Notes: a model not told the origin generated them from the sequence alone. 62,243 nucleotides of DNA, filler included, from Stramenopiles sp. TOSAG23-6 (GCA_900128565.1; 19 parts of 19 records of this genome joined end to end with filler, not necessarily neighbours in it), one strand, 5' to 3'. Shown: positions 1 to 11,593, numbered from the whole stretch's first letter. Numbers and translations are program-made.

Positions 1-435
1 TTTTGAACGAGTTTAGCGATTGAATTACTGTATAGACTTTTGAAGTTTGATAAGAGGGGATGGCTTACTACGAGAATAGTAAAATTGGCCGCCAGATTCA
101 TGTAACGGAAAAAGACATTTTAAATTTGAAATTCGAATTCAGCAAAAAAACAAAATACGAATAGGAACTTTTTGAAGTTTTGATGAAAGCGAGAATCAGA
201 GAATCGCCAGAGAATCATGTTTTTGGAAACGTATTTATTCGAAATCGAAATGAAATTACACGAAATAATTACTTGAAAGAAAAAAAAATTCAAATCTAAA
301 TCGAAAAAAAAAATCAAAATTGACCAGTGGATCCCCGTAGCTCCCCGTCGTCCTCCTGAGTCCTTTTTTTTTTTTTTGCAAATGAAAAAAAAAAAAATTT
401 GAAATAAATTAAATAAAAAAATTATGAATAAAATC

Positions 436-585
436 ATATAAAATCATAAATAACAAATCATGTGTATTCATATAAAATCATAAATCACAAATCATATGTA
501 TTGTATCATTCATATAAAATAACAAATAACAAATCATGTGTATTCATATAAAATCACAAATCATGTGTATTGTATCATCAACTAT
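436..585. repeat. Degenerate AT-rich tandem repeat downstream of the LsmAD gene
   Basis: Recurrent ATAAAATCA..ACAAATCATGTGTATT units, about 4 imperfect copies. Confidence 0.6.
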
Positions 586-592
586 ACACGNT

Positions 593-2550
593 TTATGAAC
601 GATTCACGTTTCCACGACGTGCAGAATTTCTAGATCGAAAATTGGACCCACGAGCACCTCCAGAACGATTTGTATTACCACCACCTGATGAATGATTATT
701 AGAAGCCCTAGCCCTAAATCCAGCATCTCTGCCATTGGACCCACGAGCACCTGCAGAACGATTTGTATTACCACCACCTGATGAATGATTATTATTAGAT
801 CTTCTTCCATTATTCACATATCGACCATTATGATTATTTTGTCTACGAAAACCTCTTTGATGATTTCTTCGGTTTTGTTGTTGGCCACGTGTCATTTCCT
901 GACGACTGATTTGATCAACTTGTTGCTGACGTTGTGCTCGTTGCATATTTTGTGCAATTTGTTGACCACTTGCACCAGCAGGAAATTGTAATTGTTGTTG
1001 TCGTACAGCATCACGTGTAGCTCTATCTTGAATATAAGGCCCAGCTTTTGGTAAACCATGACGAGTAGCAAAAAAATCAACAAGATCAGCAAGAAGACGT
1101 TGCAGCTGCATACCTGAAGGAGGACGTGAACCGGGTAATGCACGATTCATACGAATATTCCAATGTGTATTCTGAAACATTTTTGACACAGGTGCTCTGA
1201 CATCAGGTGAAGGGAATCGCAACGTTTTCATTAAACCTAAAGATAATTTACTCAAAAATTTTGCCATTTGTGTTGGTGATGGTTCTCCATATATTGTGAA
1301 AAAAAATGTAAAATTTGAAAGTAGTGAATAAAAAATGTAAAATTTGAAATAAAAAATGTAAAATTTGAAAATAAAACAAAATTAAACATTAAAACAAAAT
1401 AAAAAATAAAAAAAATGAGTAAAACTAAAAAATTAGAAGACAACATAAAAGTGATTCGGAATGCAATTTTCGATGAATTTTTTTTTTTGTTTTGTTAGGT
1501 ATGAAATTTTGTATAAAAAACAATGATAAACACGTACATGAATTCGTAGTAACGACCGTACCATATTACATTGACCTGTAAGAAATTTATGAGTATTTAT
1601 TTCATCTTGTTGTGTTGCATATCGAGGTTTCTGTTGTTGCTGTTGTTGACGATTTCGCATTTCAGCAGCAGATGAGTTACTGTTTTGTTGAAGACTTTGT
1701 TGAAGATTTCGATGTTCATGCTGCATACGCAAATACTCCAATGCTTGTTCCTGTGATTGAAGATTTGATGCGACATTGTCGTTGTGTTGGTATTGTTGCT
1801 GTGAACGTTGATGGTTTTGATGATTAAATGAAGATCTGTTACCACTAGAACCATTTTGTAAATTTCCACCTCCTTTACCAGCCATAATTTGGTTTGCAAT
1901 CATCTCCGCGCGTCGTTCCATTTCAGCACTAATGTTACTTTTATCGAGCTTTGTTGTGTACTGGTCCTCGTCTACACCCCAACCGGCATTATCCACATTC
2001 TCCTGTATTTTCGTGTGTATTACATATTGTAAAAAAAAAGTGAGTACACGCAAGCAGGTAACAAAATTTGCAACACTGTAGAGTTAGTTCAACGTTGTCA
2101 TTGAGAACAAGAAAGAACAAGAAATATGTACAGTAATGCTACAAAATCATACACTATAATCTGATATACATCATTACTTATAGTTGGACATTGTATTTGT
2201 TACTTTGAATAAAATAAAGCAAGTTTTCAGTAGACTTAAACAACACATGATATTTTTTGTACGAGTGGAGCTCGGTCACATGAAGAATTAGCGTATGCTC
2301 AAAAGGGTTTACACTCCTTTACATGCACTAAAAAAACACACACACACAAAACAACACTATATAGAAAATGTTACTTATAGGGGGAAATATATACTATCAC
2401 GCATAAATACGTAAAGTTGACCCATGGTATCATTCAGCGTGCTGACAAATACACCGGTCAGATTGATAAAACAAATTAAAAACACAATTTACAACTAACA
2501 CTTACGTCATCGTTCATCACATCCCAATTTGTATCATATACGTCTCCCAT
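593..2550 (-). CDS. Ataxin-2/Pbp1-like LsmAD protein with Q-rich and RG/N-rich tail; exons 2550-2506, 2002-1538, 1288-593
   Basis: WDVMNDD|ENVDNAGWGVDEDQYTTKLDKSNISAEMERRAEMIANQI resembles the LsmAD motif. Intron 1 (2505-2003) is GTAAGT..CAG. Intron 2 (1537-1289) is GTACGT..TAT and joins RIH|GEPSPTQMAKF in frame. Confidence 0.7.
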
Positions 2551-3353
2551 TATATTACAGTTGCAAAAAATATGTAGATAGTAAAACTATTGTATGTATT
2601 TCAAACACAGAAGATTGATAAAATACACAGTAAATATGACTTCGCTTGGCGCACCAACGACGCACAGAGTCTTCTTCACTACACGACTTGACTGAGTCTG
2701 ACCGCGATGGTCGCGATGGTCTTGACACGCGTACAAAAAAAACATCAAAAAATACACGAAATATCCAAAATTTTAAAATAACTATAAAATGAAAATGTAA
2801 AAAAGACTATAGAAATGAATAATAGAATAGAGATAGTAGCTATATAGATAGTACGTAGCGTATAAGTAGTAGTTAGGCTATGACATTGTTTCACTTCAAA
2901 ATGAATAGATAAACATCACAAATAAAAAGTTTTATTTATTTCATGAAACAAAAAGTAATACAGAATTTATTAAATCACAATTTTTCAATAGCATAATAAC
3001 TAACTAGATATGCCATACATCTATAGGTTAAATTGATGGTTTTGATTGTGAAAAAAGGTCGCGTAATTCAACTGTAGTATAATAAAATATTCAGTTCAAA
3101 AGATTAAAAAGATGAGTCACAAAAATTGAAAAAAAAATTGAAAAAAAAATTGAAAAAAAAATTGAAAAAAAAATTGTTAGGTACAAAATTTACTAATAAA
3201 ANNNNNNNNNNNNNNNNNNNNNNNNNNNNNNNNNNNNNNNNNNNNTTAATTAATTAANNNNNNNNNNNNNNNNNNNNNNNNNNNNNNNNNNNNNNNNNNN
3301 NACAAAATTTCGTACGAAAAAAAAAATCGAATTTGAAAAAACATAAAACATAC

Positions 3354-4042
3354 ATTGCAGATCGTTGCCCACCGATTTTAATTTGTAAATCATGTTTTGT
3401 ACCAGTTCCGGGCGGAGTATTACATAGTACGATATCAGTTTCACTGTCAGAAATAGTACATTGTTTTGCCACTTGATATATTTCTGAGGCATTTTTGTCT
3501 CCTGCATGGGTATACAAAATTGTCACTGGATTAGATGCAACTTTAGGTCCAATATTTTTGACGCTAATCTTTATTTTTGCACTACCATCAGTTGGTATTA
3601 CTTTTGTACCAATTACACCATGAACTGTAGGCCGAAAATAACTTGTCGTGGTTCCTCCTTCGTTTGAAGAAGTATTGGCCGTTTTGTCATGAATTTTCCA
3701 AGTATGACTGTGACCTACTCCTGGTACTGTTGTACATTCAAGAGTGTATCCACTTGTTGCCTTTATAGTACAGGGAGCCGTGAATGGTCCTGCCGCCAAA
3801 CCACTTAAATTTGTGTTATAATACGTTGCATAATATTCGTGATCCTTGATAAATTCCTGGTAATCTTCACACCCTTCACAATCGACTTTGTTTGATACTC
3901 CATACATTTCAACAATTTCTCCACCTTCAACGGATAACCATCCTCTACTTCCATGATCACTAACATATAATACAATGCCATGTCCTACATGTATTGATAT
4001 CAACAATAGAATGTACAACAGATAATGCGATAAAAAAGACAT
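3354..4042 (-). CDS. Secreted or surface protein with IPT/TIG-like repeats (5' exon only)
   Basis: Hydrophobic signal peptide MSFLSHYLLYILLLISIHVGHG. Two repeats: CTTVPGVGHSHTWKI and CNTPPGTGTKHDLQIKIGGQRS. Ends at a family intron donor (3353). Confidence 0.6.
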
Positions 4043-4319
4043 TTGATCTTTTGCACAGTTTGTTTGTTTGTTTTGGTAAAAATATGGAGAGAGAGAAGAA
4101 GAAGAGAGAAGAAGAGAGAGCGAGCTCGAAATTTCGAAATTTTTCAAATTTTCATGAAATTTTCATGAAATTTTCGATGTTTTGTTTTTTCGTGTAATAA
4201 AAAAAATTGTGACCGAACATCAACTGATTCGATTAGATTCTAAGATTCATCAGATTTCAAAATTGTTAGAATTTGGTCTCCTTTCTTTCAAGAGTAAAGA
4301 TTTTTTTTAATATTTGATA

Positions 4320-6397
4320 ATGGTAGTATCATNGGAGAATGTTGAATCAATTGTACATAATGTGGTTNATAATACACAAGTAGTTGACCTTCATACTCAT
4401 TTATTNCCATTTACTCACGANGATTTATTTGTGTATGGCATTGATGAGTTATTGACATATCACTATCTCATTGCTGAGTTCTTTGCAGTTGCGTCGAATG
4501 AAATTTCCACTGAAGTGTTTTTCTCTCTGACAAAACAGAAACAAGCAGATTTGATTTGGTACAAACTGTTTATCCAGCGTTCCCCAATATCCGAGGCTTG
4601 TCTGGGCGTTTTGACAGTTCTAAAAAAGTTAGGTTTAGATACTTTCATTGTAAATCGTGATCTTCAAGGTATTCGTTCATGGTATGCAAAATTTTCACCA
4701 GAAGAATTTGAATCTTTAGTATTTACAAAAGCTAAAGTACGATATGCAGTCATGACTAATATCCCATTTGACCCAGTCGAAGCAAAACATTGGATGAACA
4801 ACAAAAAAGTTTCAAGTTATTATGTACGTTTTATTTTATTTTATTTTTTTTTTGTTTTTCGTACGAAATTTTGTACCTAACGAATTTTCAATTTTTTTTT
4901 TGAAATATTTTTCCAAAATAAACAAGTCTGCTCTGCGCGTAGATGCTTTACTTTCAGCCAATGGATGGGACACTGTCTCAAAATCGCTTGTTGCTGCTGG
5001 TTTTCCAGCATCTATTGAAGGAGCACGAGAATATTTACGATCTTGGATTAAACGAATGAACGTTTTCATTTCGATTTTTTTTTGAAATTTTTTTTTTCGT
5101 ACGAAATTTTGTACCTAACAAATTTTTTTAGATTTTTTTGAAATTTTTTTTTTATAAAAATTTTGTACCTAACAATTTTTTTTTTTATAGAAAAATTTTG
5201 AAATATTTTTTCACAATAAATATCTCCTGTATATTTGATGGCTTCGACGCCATGTGGATTTGCAACTCCTCTTCCGTACCAAAATTCCGTACCTAAAAAC
5301 CCTAACCCTAACAGCAGTGAAGAATCTCCCTCACCTCAAACACTTCTTGTTGATGTTATTATATACGTTGCTCGTGAACAAAATTTGGCTGTAGCGATGA
5401 AAATTGGCGCTGATCGATGTGTAAATCCTTGTTTGCACACAGCTGGTGATGTATATTTTCATCATGAATTTCAAATTTATTTATTTTTTTTTTTTTTATA
5501 GAAAATTTCAAATTTTTTTTTTTTTTTCAAAATTTTAAATTTTTTTAAACAATTTTCTGTTGTTTCACATTTTGTCAATATTATAGGGTGTCGAAGTCGC
5601 TGATCTTTCAATCATCAAATATTTCTGTCAAAATTTTCCAGATGTGAAATTTTTAGTCACTGTTCTATCAAGAGTAAATCAGCATCAATTAGTCGTATAT
5701 TCTCGAAAATTTCCAAATTTACATATTTGTACAATTTCATTATTCATTTTTCTTTCTTAAGTACAAAATTTCGTATGAAAAAAAAAAAATTCTTCCGTAC
5801 TGGTACCCTAACCCTAGCCCTAATTGTTCAATATCATTTATTGTGTACAATGTAATATTCTCAATGTTTTTTTCTTTTTGCTTTACTGTTAACAATTTAA
5901 TTTTTTTTTTAAATTTTTTTATGATTTTATGTACAGTATTCAATTAGGGTTAGGGTTTTATTTTTATGTATATATGAAAATTATATACGAAATTTTGTAC
6001 CTAACAATTTTTTGTTTTTTTTTCAATATATTGTTGTACACTATATATGGTTGTTGGTGGTTTTGTAACAATCCTAGTATTATTGAAGAAATCTCTAAAA
6101 TGCGAATTGAAATGTTAGGTACTGCTTTTACTGCTCAACATGGATGTTTTATTTTTTTTTTAAATTTGAAATTGAAATTGAATTTTTTTTTTTTTTTTTT
6201 TCATAGTAAATTTTGTACCTAACAATTTTTTTCTTTTTTTGGTAAAAAAAATTTTGAAATATTTTTCCAAAATACATTCTGATTCTCGTGTATTAGATCA
6301 ATTATTATATAAATGGGATCATTCGAGAACAATCATTGCAAATGCTTTGAGTATATATTATAAAAAACTTGTAAACACTGGGTGGGCATTGACTACT
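4320..6397 (+). CDS. Uronate (glucuronate) isomerase-like amidohydrolase; exons 4320-4823, 4924-5057, 5222-5450, 5587-5728, 6047-6141, 6278-6397; 3' truncated
   Basis: DLHTHL metal-binding HxH motif, GIDELLTYHYLIAE, SPISEAC, VMTNIPFD, NLHIYGCWWFCNNPS and TAQH|SDSRVLDQLLYKWDHSR. All are rebuilt by removing family introns. Confidence 0.85.
5058..5221 (+). other. Non-canonical intron GA..AT with two copies of the internal motif
   Basis: AT|GAACGTTTT...CACAATAAAT|A joins WIKRI-SPVYLMAS in frame. Confidence 0.7.
6142..6277 (+). other. Non-canonical intron GG..AT (slides within a CAT direct repeat)
   Basis: CAT|GGATGTTTT...GTACCTAAC...CCAAAATACAT|TCT restores the conserved QHSD motif. Confidence 0.85.
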
Positions 6398-6599
6398 ATA
6401 TGTTTAATTTTATTTTTTTTTGTTTTCGAAAAAAAAAAATCGATTTTTTTTTTTTTGGTAAAAAAATTTTGTACCTAACAAATTTTCAAATTTTTTTTTN
6501 NNNNNNNNNNNNNNNNNNNNNNNNNNNNNNNNNNNNNNNNNNNTTAATTAATTAANNNNNNNNNNNNNNNNNNNNNNNNNNNNNNNNNNNNNNNNNNNN

Positions 6600-9500
6600 T
6601 TTCTTTCTCTTATTTATCCGAGTATTTGTAGTATCATCTAGAAGAGCATCTTCAAGATGATTACTTCTTTTATGCATTTTAGATACCTTATTTTTATTTT
6701 TATGAGATGTTTTCCCACCATGTTTTGTTGAGGTCGAGTTCCTATTATTCTTATTTCTATGGGATCCTTTTTTTCTTTTCTTCTTTCTACCAGATTTTGA
6801 ACGCTTCACCTCACGGCCGATTAAAGCTTCCATGTTATTAAGACGAAAATTGAAATGATTCAAAGATAATCTTCGTGTATTACATGTATTTTGAAAAACT
6901 ATGTTTGAAGTTTTTAATTCGTTAGGTATGAAATTTCGTACTAAAAAAACAAATAAAATTCCTGGTGATAACGTACATAATCCAGATGCGTCATCATCAG
7001 CACCACGACAGTCCAATAAAGCCTTACAAGAATTCGTTTTTGACATTTGATTTTTTTTTTTGGTACTCTTCGAGTCATTATTTATTGGCAGATTATCAAT
7101 TTTATTAGAATGTCCAGCAATTACAAATAAACCTTCAGCAGACGACATGTATTTTGGGAAAATATTTCAATTGTTTTTTGTGAGGTACAAAATTTACTAT
7201 AAAAAAAAATCGATTTTTTTGTTTAAAAAAAAAATAAAACATACATTGACATATTTCCTTTTTGTGGTGAACTTTGAGAGCTGAGTTCAAAATGCTGGCT
7301 AGATGTAGATGTCTCCGGAAAGTTTTGAATTCTGTCACATTCCATATCATCTCCCTTTTTGTTTGAAATCTCTGTAGAATCTGTGGCTAATTCACTGTAA
7401 TTTGTATCACTTTCAGCAATTTTCTTTTCGTTGTATCTTTTTTTTTCATCACTACTATATTTTGGAAAAATATTTCAAAACTTTCTTAAAAAAAAAAATT
7501 GTTAGGTACAATATTTTTATAAAAAAAAAAATCATACAAAAAAAAATAAAACATACATATGTTGGGCTGAAGAATTACAGTCTAAGTTTGCTCGTAAAGT
7601 AATAGGTACATCGACATCTAAGTAGTTGTATAACTTTGATAATGTTTTAGGTAATTTGTTTTTAAAAATAAAAAGAGGCCATCGAGATAAAACATGTATT
7701 TTGGAAAAATATTTCAAAAAAAATCGTTAGGTACAAAATTGCGTACGAAAAAAAACTCGAATTTAAAAAAAATTAAAACATACCTCAGCTAGACTCGGCA
7801 GTTGTGTAACACCAGAATCAAGAAGAAGAGAGATGCGACCAAATAATTGTCTTATTTCCTTACGCACACTACGAGACACAGGATCTTTTGGTAATGCAAG
7901 TTCAAAGCGTAAAAGAATCTGTATTGTATACTCAATAATAGCCTCGTATGATTTTAGAGTAATAAAATTATTTTCTGTAGTACAATCCGCATTCGATTCA
8001 GGGCATTCATTTTCATTGTGTACGACTACACTTGATTTTATATCAAATATTCCAATAGGTGGATACATTTTAGCTAACTGTAAACGAGATTTGATCAAAT
8101 TCAAACGAATCCAAGTAAATATTTTTTCTCTGGGGTTTTCTATAGACAATTGTTTATTTCGTGTAATAGTTTCGATTGCATCAGGAATAGCATGTAAGAT
8201 AAAATAAGAAGGATCACTCGTATACTTTGGAGTTCCTTCCAAAATAGAACTGTCCGAAAGCAATTCTCGAAATAATTTCGACCCATTGGAAATAATCAAA
8301 TTATACTTTTCTTGAAGATCCTCAAAAATCTCTTCGATACGATCAAATTTTCCTTCATTTTTGTTTTCATTATTTACATGGATCGTTGTATCATGATTTC
8401 CTTCATTTTTGTTTTCATTATTTACATGGATCGTTGCATCATGATTGGATATGTTGATACATTTTTCACAGTTTGTATTAGGGTTAGGGTTACTCAACAT
8501 TGTCGTCGGACATTCAGACAATGTTTCATTGTATTTATTTTGTATTTCAGAATTATCTAATAAATTTTGTAAATCTTCTTCAGATGGAAAATTAGATGAG
8601 AAACATTTGATGGAGGAAGTTTTTTGATTTCCGTCAAATTTCTCTACTTTTTTATCATTTTTATTCTCCATATACATTTTCTCTAATTCATTCTGCAATT
8701 GTTGGAAACGTTCAACTTCTACATTTGGTGTACTATTAATAATATCAATAGATCCAATGATTGCACTATTTCTAATTGATTTATCTGATATTTTCGTCTG
8801 TACATTAATAGGTGTTTTCATCACAAAATCGTTATCGGAGGTATTCCTATTTGTTGTCAGGGAAGTTTCGTTTTTTAATGTGATTGGCTCAAGAGAATCT
8901 GACAATGTATCAGGTGAATCAAGTGCACTTTGTAAGGCTGTTGGAAAATGACGCGGTATATGTATTATGAAAAATATTTATTTTAGTCAAAAAACATTAT
9001 TAAGTACGAAATTTTCTACCAAAAAAAAAGTTATACCTAAGAAAAAACATACATTTGAAAAATTGAAATAAACGATGAAATAAATGATGAAAACATACAT
9101 AATGATATGTACAAGGTTTGTTTCTTGACATTGTTTTATCTATAGTAATGTCGTGTGCCGAATGAGAAGATCGTAGCGCTAAATCGTCTATTAAGTGAGG
9201 ACAAAATTGAACATTTTTACATTGACTAAACACAACTGATAGTAAGTTTTGTGGGTTTTGAGGAGATATTTTTTTGATTTTCAAGTCATCTGAATGTAAA
9301 TGTGTAACGTTAGGGTTATTCGTTGTAGTTGGTTCAATTGTATCATCACGCGACGTATCTACACGGGACACATTTGAAAAAACTAATGGAATACAATCTT
9401 TTACAAAATTCGTCTTTTTTTTTGGTGTTTTTGTTTTCACTGGTATTTGAAATTCATTTTCTTTACAAATTGCCATTGGCGATACATTCAATGCACTAGA

Positions 9501-9795
9501 TGTAGATTGAACTTCTCTTATTATTCCAATAGTATTTGATAATGGGAATAATAGCAAAGTTGTTCCTTTTCTCATGAAAGAATTAAGCTTTTGTTTTTCA
9601 TGTTTTTCATTTGTTTTTTTGTTGTTAGGGTTAGGGTTAGGGTTTGAATCTTCCTTTGAAACGTCTAGAATAGCACAGAAACCAACATGAAGCAATCGAG
9701 TGAGTAATATAGAAAGATTGCCTTTATTAGTAAAATTACCTACAGTAGAAGAATACTTTAAATATTTTTTTTCCTTTTCATTCAAAGGAGATTCA
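6600..9795 (-). CDS. Treslin/TICRR (Sld3-Treslin domain)-like replication initiation protein, multi-exon, both ends truncated
   Basis: Spliced IQILLRFELA..KEIRQLFGRISLLLD..SLAE|VLSRWPLFIFKNKLPKTLSKLYNYLDVDVP resembles, from memory, the Treslin STD region (QVFLRLE...IPKTLGNLYNSL). Basic low-complexity tail. Several family introns, e.g. 7783-7694. Confidence 0.5.
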
Positions 9796-9895
9796 NNNNN
9801 NNNNNNNNNNNNNNNNNNNNNNNNNNNNNNNNNNNNNNNTTAATTAATTAANNNNNNNNNNNNNNNNNNNNNNNNNNNNNNNNNNNNNNNNNNNN

Positions 9896-10074
9896 AAAAG
9901 AAAGTCTTAATCAAAAGAAAGTCTTAATCAAAAGAAAGTCTTAATCAAAAGAAAGTCTTAATCAAAAAGAAAGTCTTAATCAAAAGATATTCAGAATCAA
10001 AAGATATTCAGAATCAAAAGATATCCAGAATCAAAAGATATCCAGAATCAAAAGATATCCAGAATCAAAAGAAT
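9896..10074. repeat. 17-bp tandem repeat, about 10 units in three successive variants
   Basis: AAAAGAAAGTCTTAATC x5, AAAAGATATTCAGAATC x2, AAAAGATATCCAGAATC x3. Begins at the contig edge. Confidence 0.9.
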
Positions 10075-10655
10075 CCTCTAAAGAATCATCCATACACTAC
10101 TACTCTTACTACTACACTACTTCTAACAAGATCATAAAAAAGAAGTTCATGCATTTAATAGCGTGATATTTTGCATGGATCATCATCAAATATACTTGAA
10201 ATCAATCATGATGCAACGGATCATAAAAGACGATTTTTTTTCCGTTTCCTCTGACTCTTTCCACTAATTTCGTATTTGTTTTTGTATATTATCTATATTA
10301 TGTACTATAAGACTATAAGGAAGGATTTGTGTATTGCGTACAATTTAGTTGTTTTGTATATTTTTGAAATAAGACCAAACATAGGAAGAATATTAAAATG
10401 TTTTTTGGAAATAACAAAGTGTATCAAATAGAATGGCGATATTATTATGATATAAAATAAACGAATGATTTTACTATACAACTAAACAACTAAAAAACTA
10501 CAAATAACTATTATTATGATATAAAATAAACGAATGATTTTACTACAAATTTACTTACATTACATTATAGCATAAAAAGTTTAAGTAATCATTTCTTTTC
10601 TGAATATATATATATATATATTTTAATACTAAAATTTGTACCTACTATAACAAAA

Positions 10656-11393
10656 TCATTTCTTTTCTGAATATTTTGTAGCAAACAAATTTAAAATTTT
10701 AATTGTTTCATCACCAAATAATTTTTCATTTTGTTTTTTTAGTTTTTTATTCACATTTTCAATTCCATTTTTGACTAATAACTGATGTGTACTATAAATA
10801 TCTACGCGTTTTAGTTTGGACACAATTTCATTCATTGTTTGTGGCATTTTCCAAGGTGTACTACGACGTGAATTGACTTCGACAAATAATCCACATAGTG
10901 TTAGTTTTTCTATTCCTGGGTGTTGCCAACTGTCTACAGTAACAATAGAATTAGTTGAAGAATTTTGGGATAGAATCTGAATGTTTTCATTTTTCATATC
11001 CCAATGCTCGCGCAACATAATATGTATTGCACAAAGGTATTGTTCCGATGGTGGACAAATCATTGAAGGACAACCATCAACAACGTATGCACAAACTATT
11101 TTTGGTTCTTGTTCCACAAGTGCTTCCAATTCTATCAAATGATAACCGACTTCATAAGCATCCAAAAGCTTCATCTCATGAGGTGTGAGTTCAACTACAG
11201 ATCCCCGTGTAATGTTACCTGCTTTGGGACTCAATGAGGCTACTCCAGACGTTCCCCATCCAGATGATTCAAGGCAAAATACTCGTGCGTAATCATTCAC
11301 AAGGGCTTTTTTTGATGTCAACGTATCATTTTGGACACGGGCTCTTAGTTGATTTGTCCCATTGGATCCATATGAAAATAGCAATTTTCGCAT
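10656..11393 (-). CDS. Gamma-glutamylcyclotransferase (GGCT/AIG2-like) protein with C-terminal extension, intronless
   Basis: LLFSYGSN N-terminal motif, LLDAYEVGY catalytic Glu region, PPSEQYL. Confidence 0.8.
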   Translation of the reverse strand: MRKLLFSYGSNGTNQLRARVQNDTLTSKKALVNDYARVFCLESSGWGTSGVASLSPKAGNITRGSVVELTPHEMKLLDAYEVGYHLIELEALVEQEPKIVCAYVVDGCPSMICPPSEQYLCAIHIMLREHWDMKNENIQILSQNSSTNSIVTVDSWQHPGIEKLTLCGLFVEVNSRRSTPWKMPQTMNEIVSKLKRVDIYSTHQLLVKNGIENVNKKLKKQNEKLFGDETIKILNLFATKYSEKK

Positions 11394-11593
11394 TTTTGAT
11401 TCACTTTTAGTACTATATAGTCTATAATAGACAGAATAATTATGAAGTCGAATGGCAGTCGAATGTATCATTTTTTTACATTGACTGGAGATAAACCCTA
11501 ACCCTAGCTAGCACACAACACATGTCAATCTCGCGAAAGCAGTCTATTTTTTTCTCGTTATATCTCTCTAATTATTAATTATTTGACGAAAAC

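Noticed and set aside
4824-4926. Firm GT..AC call for amidohydrolase intron 1
   Set aside because: The family register ends at AC (4923), but an in-frame AG lies 3 nt downstream (4926). It cannot be decided without cDNA.
5805-5960. True chromosome ends at TTAGGG tracts
   Set aside because: Tracts are only 2-3 units long and internal to genes, not terminal arrays.
9896-10074. CRISPR array
   Set aside because: Head-to-tail units without unique spacers, no cas genes, eukaryotic context. The same applies to 24232-24377.
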